Source: Thermofilaceae archaeon
Lineage (GTDB): Archaea > Thermoproteota > Thermoprotei > Thermofilales > Thermofilaceae
DNA length: 33,092 bases
Assembly: GCA_038727095.1 (NCBI GenBank)
Contig: JAVYWK010000021.1
Span: 1 to 33,092 of the forward strand
Direction of reading: 5' to 3'
Shown here: one piece after another, positions 8,174 to 16,295 of the stretch
Layout: every line of letters begins with the position of its first letter
Numbering within the stretch: the first letter of the stretch is position 1
Made by a program: the position numbers and the translations under genes
Notes under the pieces: generated by a model
What the model was told of the DNA's origin: nothing
The model's database searches: none
The model's input: only the letters and a program-made list of their open reading frames with translations

Positions 8174-9978
8174 TGGAGCTCGGCGAGATCTGGCCCTATC
8201 CTGCTTGGAGGCGCGGGCAGCCTGAAATAGCGAAGGCAGTCTATGCTAGCGTAGAAGAAGGTAGGCATCTCCTGATAAGCTACCCCACTGGCGCGGGGAA
8301 GACCGCTGCTGTTCTTACAGGTGCTCTAGCTTCTGCAACGCGACTGGGAGTAAAGGTTGTTTACACAGTAAGAGCGAGAGCTCAATTCCAAGCTCCGAGA
8401 AGAGAGCTCCTACTACTCGCTGAACGCATGAAGGTAACAGCTGTTTTCCTCCAGAATAAACGCGATCTATGCTTCATTAGGGGGGCCAAGCTGCTACCTT
8501 ACGATGAGTTCCTCAACTTTTGCTCAGAGCTTGTGCGAGAGGGCCTCTGCCCCTACTACAGCGCAGCGAGGATGGCTTCCTACCCTGAGAGCATTTTAGA
8601 CCACGATACCCTAGTACGAGTAGCTAGCGAGTTGAAGGCTTGCCCGTACGAAATCGCCCGCAGCATGCTCCGCAGGGCAGACCTGGTTGTCGCCGCGTAC
8701 AATTACGTTTTCGACCCGGAAATCCGCAGGGTCTTTCTAGGGGAATTGGGCGTCGATCTTCACAGCGTAAGCCTCGTGGTGGATGAAGCTCACAACCTAC
8801 CATACTCGCTAGCGAGCATCCTCAGCAGAGAGCTGAGCGAACGAACGTTGCGAGCGGCTAAGAGGGAGGCAGCCCGTGTCCTAAGGAGAAGGGACGTGGA
8901 AAAGGATCTCTACGCACTTCTTTCATTCCTAAGAAAGCTACGCAGCATCGCGAAGGCGAACGCATCGGAGTATGAGGTGAATCCGGCAGACCTGATGGGG
9001 GTAGCCCCCAACTCAAGCGAGCTTTCTAGGCTTGCTCAGCTAGTAGAGAGACGATTAAGTCGTGCAAGCGCCTTAAGGAGAGTTGCAGCATTCCTTCGAT
9101 TGATTGAAGGAGGTGGTGCAGACTACACGTTGACCGCGGAATTCGACGGCGGCGAAGTTAAGCTCACAGCGCTCTGCACATCCCTCCTCAGAGGTTCGGT
9201 ACCCGTCTTCTCGAACGTTCGAAGCTCAGTGTTGATGAGCGGGACAATGCCGCCAAGGGAGTACATCGTCAACTTGCTGGGATTTGAGGACTGGCGCGTA
9301 GACGAGATGAGGCTACAGTCTCCGTGGGCTGCGAACATAGGTCTAGTGGCTGTGAAAGGGGTTTCCTCTAGGTACATCGAGCGTGGAGAAGCTACGTACC
9401 AAGCAATGGCTGAGTACATTGACGGCCTTTACCAGAGACTCTCTGAAGGTCTATGCTTCGTCGTTGTACCGTCATACGATATGGCTAAGGCTCTAAGACC
9501 TTACATCAAAGCAAGACCCTTGTTTGTTGAGCGTGAGGAAACTAGATTGAGCGAAGTCGAAGAAGCTGCCCGTAAGTTCAGTAAAATGGTGGTAGTAGTA
9601 GTTGCATGGGGCAAGCTCGTAGAAGGTATCGAGCTTAGAGGCGATGGGCAAAGCAAGATAAAACTGGTGGTGGTAGCAGGGTTACCAGTTCCTGAACCAA
9701 ATGTTTTGAATAGGAAGCTTTTGGAGAGTCTTAGACATAAGGTAAAGAGTAGCGAAGCAGCTTGGAGATTGGTGTATATGGTTCCAGCCGCTGTAAAAAC
9801 AGCTCAAGCGATTGGGAGAAGCGTTAGATCTGAGCTCGACAGGGCAGCCGTTGCAATACTAGATGAGAGAGCTCTAGAGCCCGACGTTAGATCGTACATA
9901 GAGGGCTTTGGTTACTCAATGGCGGTTGTAAGCAGCCTGGATGAGGCATTAAACAAGCTGGAGAGGTTTCTCATCTAA
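8173..9978 (+). CDS. xpd: XPD/Rad3-family Fe-S 5'-3' DNA helicase
   Basis: Q motif RRGQ, PTGAGKT, four Fe-S Cys (DLC, FC, LCPYY, ACPYE), DEAH, MSGT and QAIGRSVR. Confidence 0.88.
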   Translation: MELGEIWPYPAWRRGQPEIAKAVYASVEEGRHLLISYPTGAGKTAAVLTGALASATRLGVKVVYTVRARAQFQAPRRELLLLAERMKVTAVFLQNKRDLCFIRGAKLLPYDEFLNFCSELVREGLCPYYSAARMASYPESILDHDTLVRVASELKACPYEIARSMLRRADLVVAAYNYVFDPEIRRVFLGELGVDLHSVSLVVDEAHNLPYSLASILSRELSERTLRAAKREAARVLRRRDVEKDLYALLSFLRKLRSIAKANASEYEVNPADLMGVAPNSSELSRLAQLVERRLSRASALRRVAAFLRLIEGGGADYTLTAEFDGGEVKLTALCTSLLRGSVPVFSNVRSSVLMSGTMPPREYIVNLLGFEDWRVDEMRLQSPWAANIGLVAVKGVSSRYIERGEATYQAMAEYIDGLYQRLSEGLCFVVVPSYDMAKALRPYIKARPLFVEREETRLSEVEEAARKFSKMVVVVVAWGKLVEGIELRGDGQSKIKLVVVAGLPVPEPNVLNRKLLESLRHKVKSSEAAWRLVYMVPAAVKTAQAIGRSVRSELDRAAVAILDERALEPDVRSYIEGFGYSMAVVSSLDEALNKLERFLI

Positions 9979-10078
9979 AGCGCATCACTACACATTGAGG
10001 CAAATATGCTCTTCATTAAATGTAGAAGCTCAAATTCTCACTGGTTACGCTAACAGGTTTTGCGTAGTGTAGCGGGAA

Positions 10079-10095
10079 CAAAAACCTTAAATATT
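10079..10095 (+). promoter_or_regulatory. BRE-TATA promoter of the wHTH gene
   Basis: CAAAAACCTTAAATA, followed by SD-like GAGGTG before GTG 10125. Confidence 0.55.
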
Positions 10096-10124
10096 TCTAA
10101 CCACTCCATAAGCGAGGTGGTAGA

Positions 10125-10397
10125 GTGCCAAGACCGAGGAGCCCACAGGTAATCGAGAGAGCTGTGAAGATTTACAAGGTGCTAGAAGAGATGGGCGGGA
10201 GGGTAGTTACACCCGAGCTTCTCAAGGTCGTATACGAGCGTGGAATTGCCAGCAGTTACTCTCTGCTCCACCACACCCTCATGGTTCTGGAGAATGCCGG
10301 CTTTATTAAGCACGAGCGAGTAAAAGGACGCGCTGAGTGGTATATCATAAAGAAGGCTACTGAGGAGGAAATTCGGCAAGCTTTAAGCCCACGTTAA
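10125..10397 (+). CDS. Small winged-helix DNA-binding protein
   Basis: IYKVLEEMGG...SYSLLHHTLMVLENAGFIKHERVKGRAEWY is a typical wHTH helix/wing pattern. Confidence 0.7.
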   Translation: MPRPRSPQVIERAVKIYKVLEEMGGRVVTPELLKVVYERGIASSYSLLHHTLMVLENAGFIKHERVKGRAEWYIIKKATEEEIRQALSPR

Positions 10398-10403
10398 TGT
10401 AAT

Positions 10404-10430
10404 TCTATTTTTTATTTTTATATTTTTCTA
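10404..10430 (+). terminator. Oligo-T archaeal terminator
   Basis: TTCTATTTTTTATTTTTATATTTTTC directly after the stop at 10397. Confidence 0.65.
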
Positions 10431-10434
10431 TATC

Positions 10435-11055
10435 TTATGGTACCTCAATGTTGGCATGTCGAGCCATTAGGTACTCTTCGTTGACTCCTAAGGCTCGCAT
10501 GAGAGCTACTACGACACCGTCGAAGAAGACCATTGCAGCATCTTCGAAGAGCGTTCCCAACGGTGCTAAGGGCTCGTAGATCCCGAGTACCTGCCTTGCG
10601 AAATAATCGACCTCCTTAGATACTTTAGTTCTGCCCGGAATTCTGACAACGTGGTCACTCACTTTAGCTAGGGGGGAATCTGGGAAGGAAGTGACTGCGA
10701 GTACGTAGGCCCCCATCGTTTTAGCAGCTTCAGCAACGCTCACCACTATCTGCGTCGTGCCTGAGCCGGAGATTGCTATAACGAGGTCTCCTTTCGAGAC
10801 GGCAGGCGTAATGGTCTCGCCTAGCACGTAGACGTTAAAGCCGAGGTGCATCAGCCTCATAGCGAAGGCCTTCCCTACAAGGCCGGAACGACCGGCGCCT
10901 ACGATTAAGACCTTAGCACCTGAATTTTTCGCCTCCAAGAGTATCTCGAGCATTTTAAGCACCTGTTGCCTATCAACGGCGCGAGCCACCTTCAAAATCT
11001 GCTCTGCGATCTCCAGCATAGTCCCGATGAGCGCATCTACTAGGTTCTCACTCAC
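10435..11055 (-). CDS. hxlB: 6-phospho-3-hexuloisomerase (PHI, SIS domain)
   Basis: GAGRSGLVGKAFAMRLMHLG, ISGSGTT, APLGTLFE and RHANIE. Confidence 0.93.
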   Translation of the reverse strand: MSENLVDALIGTMLEIAEQILKVARAVDRQQVLKMLEILLEAKNSGAKVLIVGAGRSGLVGKAFAMRLMHLGFNVYVLGETITPAVSKGDLVIAISGSGTTQIVVSVAEAAKTMGAYVLAVTSFPDSPLAKVSDHVVRIPGRTKVSKEVDYFARQVLGIYEPLAPLGTLFEDAAMVFFDGVVVALMRALGVNEEYLMARHANIEVP

Positions 11056-11145
11056 GGGACGCCCCTCAACCGGGTCTTTTAAACCTTTAAACTCTCAGAA
11101 CTCGGCTTTGAGCTAATCGGTAAGTCCTTCACGACCTCTTAAGCT

Positions 11146-12426
11146 TCAAGCGATCGGCGGCATGCTTCTTTCCCGTTCAACGCCATCCTCAGATAATCGG
11201 ATTTTCCCCAGCAGTAGTATCTTTGCTCCTTCCCTGTCGAACGGTGTTCGTACTTTTATTATCTTGTTCGTTGGATCAACTTCCTCTATAACCCCGATAC
11301 CTACGTGTTCAAGCCTCTCGTTGGCAATACCAACTAGGTATCCCTCTAATCCACCTAGATGAGATACAAGAACATCGCGGTTTGCAAGTTTAGAAACCTG
11401 ATCCTTGAACTCCAGTAACCTTTTGTACTCTTTCTCCCCAAGTGTTGTTAAAACAACTACGTTTCCGCAAACTTCAGCATTCACCTCGAAGCCGAGAAGG
11501 GTTGAAAGCATCAAGCTTAGTTTCTCGTCACGCTGACCGTTAAACGTGTACGTCGCCCAGAGGCGGGCCTTCTCGAGGCTAATCGCTTTAACAGCCGACT
11601 CCTTTAGCAGACTCAAGTATGACAGCTCTCTCCTCAACTTGCGCAACTCTCTCTCCTTGCCGCGAGCTGCAGCGGGGGTGGGTGCCCGTACAACTCGAAT
11701 GTCTGTTTCTTCAAAGATCCGAGCGATAGGCTCGGATGCGCCCGTCCCTTCCATGACTACAAGAGTCGTCGGTTCAACCACCTCCACGATTCTGCATTTG
11801 AAAGCTAAAGCACGCCTATCGCCAACCCACCCATCCGTGTTCACTATCACTAGGTCCCTTCTCGATGCCTTGCGTAGTAGCTTCGTTAAACCAACTACCA
11901 CTGCATCTTCGCATCCCGCTGGAGTGTTGGTTCCGATGAAGTAGAAAGCCTTCGGCTCCAGTTCCCCCAGCCAGGAGACAGGCTTCTCGGGTAAAGCCAA
12001 GGCTATTGTACCAGGCCAACCGATATCATTCTGGCCCACATCGGCGTCTATTACCGCTACACTCAGCCCTTTCGCGATGGCTGTGTTAAGCAGGTACGTG
12101 GAAAACGTAGTTTTTCCGCTATCGACTTCGCCGACAACTAGTACTCGGCCGGGTGCTGCGATGCTTTGAGCTAGCATCCTCCATTTGTCAACTACCTCCT
12201 CATCCGGTTTAGCCTGACTTAGCCTCCCACCAGACACTTCAATGGTACACCACTCGCCTACTTCGATGCAAATCGTGTAGCCTCTGGGGACTACGAGCTC
12301 CCTTCCTACACTGAACACCTGACCGAGAGCGTAAAAACCGGAACCCTCAATCACTTTGACCCTAGCGGGACCCTCGACTCTATAAAGGCCCTTCTCAAGA
12401 CGATGCCTCTCAGGAAGCATAACCAC
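11146..12426 (-). CDS. Clp1/Grc3-type polynucleotide 5'-OH kinase
   Basis: GEVDSGKTT, DADVGQNDIG, NTDGW and the Arg-rich RELRKLRRE lid. Confidence 0.88.
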   Translation of the reverse strand: MVMLPERHRLEKGLYRVEGPARVKVIEGSGFYALGQVFSVGRELVVPRGYTICIEVGEWCTIEVSGGRLSQAKPDEEVVDKWRMLAQSIAAPGRVLVVGEVDSGKTTFSTYLLNTAIAKGLSVAVIDADVGQNDIGWPGTIALALPEKPVSWLGELEPKAFYFIGTNTPAGCEDAVVVGLTKLLRKASRRDLVIVNTDGWVGDRRALAFKCRIVEVVEPTTLVVMEGTGASEPIARIFEETDIRVVRAPTPAAARGKERELRKLRRELSYLSLLKESAVKAISLEKARLWATYTFNGQRDEKLSLMLSTLLGFEVNAEVCGNVVVLTTLGEKEYKRLLEFKDQVSKLANRDVLVSHLGGLEGYLVGIANERLEHVGIGVIEEVDPTNKIIKVRTPFDREGAKILLLGKIRLSEDGVERERSMPPIA

Positions 12427-12503
12427 AAGTCGTAAGTTACGCTAAAGATAAAGGTTGAGCCCCCGTTAAAGCTATAAACCTCGAGCTAGTGGAGCCGTAA
12501 ACG

Positions 12504-12604
12504 GCCCCGGTAGCTCAGCCTGGTAGAGCGCCGCTCTGGTAAAGTGTAAGACCGGCTATCCAGTAAGGCGGAGGACCCGGGTTCGATTCCCGGCCGGGGC
12601 TCCA
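12504..12604 (+). tRNA. tRNA-Thr(GGT) with 24-nt intron at 37/38 (12542-12565); CCA encoded
   Basis: Acceptor GCCCCGG/CCGGGGC, discriminator T, D arm GCTC/GAGC, anticodon GGT at 12538-12540, TTCGATT loop. BHB central helix CTGG/CCAG with TAA bulges. Confidence 0.9.
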
Positions 12605-13004
12605 CAGGTGTTTTGCAGGGTGGAACCATCATGCATCCTATAGTGTTGGTTTTTGCGTTGCCACACCGAGTGCTTCACTTTCAAACTTCTCCTTGTTTTT
12701 CTGAAAATAATTAGCTAAAAGTAAGTTTTCTTCATTTATTATTAAGTTAAGAATTGTATGATGATAAGTTAAACTGTAGTACGATTCATCGTAATACGCT
12801 TGTATCATCACCGCATTATGTTAAGTCTGTCAATGAATAGGTTTAAAGAAAATATAGTTCTGGTTTTTTCTATTATGCGTAAAACGCTAAAATAATACCG
12901 TTAAAGCGGATTTAACGGCATAGGTGCTTTCGATCAACTACCGGACCCTTTTAGTTGGGAAGAGCTTTCATCACCTTTCATGAGGGGTTCAGAAGCTGAA
13001 CTCG

Positions 13005-13126
13005 TGGCGGGCCCGCCGGGACTCGAACCCGGGTTCTCCGTGCGGTTCGGCAAGCCCGCTCTCCGGCTTAGAAGGCTTGCGCAGCTTCTTCAGCTTCGGC
13101 GCCTTTCCAGGCTAGGCCACGGGCCC
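13005..13126 (-). tRNA. tRNA-Arg(TCT) with two non-canonical introns: 29/30 (13077-13096) and 45/46 (13036-13060)
   Basis: Removing both introns gives a 77-nt cloverleaf: GGGCCCG acceptor, CCGGC-CT-TCT-AA-GCCGG, AGAAC, T arm, GCCA. BHB helices are GCGC/GCGC with AGCT/AGCT, and CCGG/ACGG with GCGG/CCGC. Confidence 0.92.
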
Positions 13127-13175
13127 TATAATGCTGGTTTGGCACACTATTTAAGGTTTGGCGCGACGGGGTTGT

Positions 13176-15074
13176 GTGATATACAGCGCTCACGAAGTGC
13201 TGGTGGAGCAGATTGCGAGAGCGGTTAAAGCCGCGTTGGAGGGACAGGGGGTCGTTGCGGGGGTGCAAGTTGAAAGAGCTCCACCCGAGCGCGGGGATCT
13301 GACGATCAACGTCTACAGGATAGCTCGGAGCGATGTAGGCGCTAGGGGCTTGGCCGAGAAACTGGCTGAGAATCTCTCCAGCGGTGTGGAGTACGTTAAG
13401 GCTGCTAAAGCGGAGGGGGGTTACGTTAACATCGAGATCGATCCCTCCTCCTATGGGCAGTTGATTTGGCAGGTGGTATCGTCCTTGGGGAGCAGGTACG
13501 GGTACAAACATCACCCAAGCCCCTACCGTATCATAGTCGAGCATACCAGCGCCAACCCTGTTCATCCCCTACACATTGGGCACCTTAGGAACTGCATAGT
13601 TGGTGATGCACTAGCTCGCCTGTTGCGGGCCAGAGGTCACGATGTGGAGGTTCACTTCTACATCGATGATGTAGGTCTACAGGTTGCTTACGCTGCGTAC
13701 GGTTACGAGAAGGTTCGGCATGTTAAGAGGGTTGTGAAGCCGGATCACTTTATCGGGTTGGTCTACGCCATAACGAACGCGATAATCAACGTGCGTGAAC
13801 TGCAGGCGCGGAGGGAGAAGGTTGGTGTGGAGGAGCGGGCGAAGATCGATAGCGAGTTGTCGGACTGGTTGTGGGCGGCTAAAGAATTGATGGAGAGGGA
13901 CGAGGAACTCTTCACGCTGATTGCCGAAGCCGTAAAGAGGGAGGACGCCCTTAAGCGCATCAATGACATAAACAGGGCGTACGAAGCAGGCGAAGAGTGG
14001 GCGGTCAAGCTTGTCAGGGAGACCGCGGAGCTTTGTATTGAGGGTTTCAGGCAGACGCTTAAGAGGCTCGGCATCTCCTACGACAGTTGGGACTGGGAGA
14101 GCGAGGTCACGACCTGGAACGGGCTCGTGCGAGATGTGATAGCTAAGCTGAGAGCTACCGGCTTCGTCGTGGAGAAGGGAGGGGCACTGGTTTTCCAAGC
14201 TGATAGGCTGGCAGAGGATGCGGAGGTGAGGCGCAGGCTCGGCTTTTCGCCAAGCTTTGCGATCTCGCCGATGACTCTTGTCCGTTCGGATGGAACAACG
14301 CTTTACGCTACGCGTGATATCGCTTACACTATCTGGAAGTACAAGAGGGGGGTTGACAGGGTGATAAACGTAGTGGGTGCTGAGCAGAGCTTAGAGCAAG
14401 CCCACGTCAGGCTGGCGCTCTACAGCATGGGGTACGTAAGGGAGGCGGAGAACACTTTGCACTTCGCCTACGAGATGGTAAATCTCCCCGGTGTTAAGAT
14501 GTCGGGTAGGAGGGGAAGGTACATAACGGCGGACGAGCTGATTGATGAAGCAGTCAGAAGAGCGAGAGAAGAGCTCGTTAAAAGGGGTGTCGAGGTTGAC
14601 GAGGAGATAGCGGAGCGAGTTGGAATCGGAGCCGTGAAGTTTGCAATCTTAAGCGTAGCCCCCTCTCGGCCGCTGACGTTTACTTGGGAGAGGGTTCTCG
14701 ACTTCGAGCGAAACAGTGGACCCTTCGTCCAGTATGCCTACGTGAGGGCACGCTCCGTGTTGAGGAAAGCCGGCGACTTAAAACCCGCTGTGAGCGGGAT
14801 GACCTTCGGTGAGGAAGAGAGGAAACTCCTCTTTCTCATCGGCTACTTCCCGGAAGTGGTTGCAAAAGCTGCTGACGAGTTGAAGATTGAGCTCATACCT
14901 CAGTACCTCAACGAGCTCGCCTCAGCTTTCAATAAGTACTACGATGAAGTTCCAATCTTGAAGGCGGAACCCAGAGAGAAGGCTGAAGCGCGGCTAGCCT
15001 TAACGTACATGGTAGCAATTACACTGGAAAACGGCATGCGTATCCTCGGAATCGAACCACCCCACAGAATGTGA
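13176..15074 (+). CDS. argS: Arginine--tRNA ligase
   Basis: EHTSANP, HIGH (HIGHLRN), RSDGTTLY, KMSGRRG and QYAYVRA. Start probably GTG 13176 rather than TTG 13158. Confidence 0.96.
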   Translation: MIYSAHEVLVEQIARAVKAALEGQGVVAGVQVERAPPERGDLTINVYRIARSDVGARGLAEKLAENLSSGVEYVKAAKAEGGYVNIEIDPSSYGQLIWQVVSSLGSRYGYKHHPSPYRIIVEHTSANPVHPLHIGHLRNCIVGDALARLLRARGHDVEVHFYIDDVGLQVAYAAYGYEKVRHVKRVVKPDHFIGLVYAITNAIINVRELQARREKVGVEERAKIDSELSDWLWAAKELMERDEELFTLIAEAVKREDALKRINDINRAYEAGEEWAVKLVRETAELCIEGFRQTLKRLGISYDSWDWESEVTTWNGLVRDVIAKLRATGFVVEKGGALVFQADRLAEDAEVRRRLGFSPSFAISPMTLVRSDGTTLYATRDIAYTIWKYKRGVDRVINVVGAEQSLEQAHVRLALYSMGYVREAENTLHFAYEMVNLPGVKMSGRRGRYITADELIDEAVRRAREELVKRGVEVDEEIAERVGIGAVKFAILSVAPSRPLTFTWERVLDFERNSGPFVQYAYVRARSVLRKAGDLKPAVSGMTFGEEERKLLFLIGYFPEVVAKAADELKIELIPQYLNELASAFNKYYDEVPILKAEPREKAEARLALTYMVAITLENGMRILGIEPPHRM

Positions 15075-15276
15075 TAAGGCCGTAGTGCATGGAACCCCTC
15101 TTCAGTAGTAGCAAAGCCCGTGCCCTCGAAACAGAGTGAAAGCAGGATGTCTGTCACGAGCCTACACCCTTTATGCGGCGTTCACGTCAAAGAGAGCGTT
15201 AAAGCGAGTAGCAACCGCCAAGAAAAGGCGCATGATTACCAGCCCGGTTGAAGGATTATGTTTTAGTATAATGATG

Positions 15277-15394
15277 TGGAGCCGGGGCCGGGATTCGAAC
15301 CCGGGTGACACTCCGCGTGCGTACGCACTTAGCGGGTAACGACGAGACGACACCCACTGCAGCCCGCCGCCTTAGACCACTCGGCCACCCCGGC
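15277..15394 (-). tRNA. tRNA-Cys(GCA) with two introns: 37/38 (15338-15356) and 45/46 (15311-15329)
   Basis: GCCGGGG/CCCCGGC acceptor, U73, CCA, GCGGG-CT-GCA-GA-CCCGC. The 45/46 intron has a perfect BHB (CCGC/GCGG, GTGCG/CGCAC); the 37/38 intron has 3 of 4 central pairs. Confidence 0.87.
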
Positions 15395-15433
15395 TCCTCG
15401 AGGTAAGGTGTGGCAACCGGTTTTTTAAGTTGA

Positions 15434-15778
15434 TTGTCCCGGCATCGTGTGGATATGCAGTTAGTAAGGGGTGTCGCGAGGCAAAGGATTGCCATCCTAC
15501 TTAAAATGGCGGATGAAATCGTTAGGAAAGACGAGCAATTAGCTAGAAGGTATGTTGAATTGGCTCTAAAGATTGCATCGAAAGCTCGTATTCGCATTCC
15601 AAAAGATTTGAGAAGGAAATACTGTAGGGGGTGCAACGTACCGCTCGTGCCCGGCGTTACATCTAGGGTGCGCGTCAAAAGGGGTTGCGGCGGTACACGG
15701 ATCATAGTTACCTGCCTACGGTGCGGTTACGTGCGCAGGTACCCAGTCAAAAAGCGTGGCGGGCCCGCCGGGACTTGA
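15434..15778 (+). CDS. rnp4: Ribonuclease P protein component 4 (Rpp21)
   Basis: ARQRIAIL, ARRYVELA, YCRGC...TCLRCG.VRRYP zinc ribbon. The start may be about 15449-15455. Confidence 0.92.
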   Translation: MSRHRVDMQLVRGVARQRIAILLKMADEIVRKDEQLARRYVELALKIASKARIRIPKDLRRKYCRGCNVPLVPGVTSRVRVKRGCGGTRIIVTCLRCGYVRRYPVKKRGGPAGT

Positions 15779-15856
15779 ACCCGGGTTCTCCATGCGGGGC
15801 TACACCCACACTCTGGCTCCGCAGGCCAGCGCCTTTCCATGCTAGGCCACGGGCCC
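15757..15856 (-). tRNA. tRNA-Arg(GCG) with 23-nt intron at 45/46 (15788-15810)
   Basis: 77-nt cloverleaf after intron removal: CTGGC-CT-GCG-GA-GCCAG, AGAAC, TTCAAGT, GCCA. Outer helix GTGGG/CCCGC. Confidence 0.92.
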
Positions 15857-15939
15857 CATGGGGTACTCCCCCACCGCATATTTTATTCTTCGCGGTTGCT
15901 TCAGTTCCGCGCCGGGTGCACATCTCCCCCTTCCTTGGC

Positions 15940-16295
15940 TTTGGCCTCCGAGAGCCCGCCCCCTGGCCGGCGCGGTTTTGGCCGCGGGCGACCGGAGCGG
16001 GTCATGGGGCCGGCCACCTAAGGCGGCCTACTCGCCCGCCTTCCAGCGCACCGTCGCCGGAGCGCCAATCGATGGGCACATACGCGTGCAGCCGCTTGTT
16101 CTTCGCGCTGCCGGGCTGCGCGGAAGGGTTTGAAGTGACCTTGAGGTTGAGCAACATAGCGGAGGCACTTGAAGCCTTCATGATGGCTGGCCTGATGCCG
16201 GCGAGGCGTTCACGCGTGGCGGGGAGGGGCGCACAGTTTTAGTCCAGCTGAGGGGAGGATGGCTGAAAGCCTACGTAGCCGCAACCGCCGAGTGA
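15940..16295 (+). pseudogene. Probable frameshifted GC-rich gene remnant
   Basis: Protein-like stretches continue across shifting frames (KAAYSPAF...PLVLRAAGLRGRV / FEVTLRLSNIAEALEAF / RTVLVQLRGGWLKAYVAATAE*). They end at TGA 16293-16295, followed by a pyrimidine/T tract. Confidence 0.35.

Noticed and set aside
12799-12826. TTATGTTAAGT, similar to a bacterial XerD arm
   Set aside because: No matching left arm at 6-bp spacing; this is expected by chance in AT-rich DNA.
13005-15856. Near-identical ~35-bp direct repeats (GTGGCGGGCCCGCCGGGACTYGAACCCGGGTTCTCC) resembling attL/attR
   Set aside because: Both copies belong to complete tRNA-Arg isoacceptor genes, the enclosed genes (argS, tRNA-Cys, rnp4) are core, and no integrase is present.
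15136-16242. ORFs 15136-15339, 15171-15353, 15256-15705 and 15685-16242
   Set aside because: They read through tRNA genes or lie antisense to rnp4 with low-complexity composition. Only the distal peptide fragments are kept, as a possible pseudogene.
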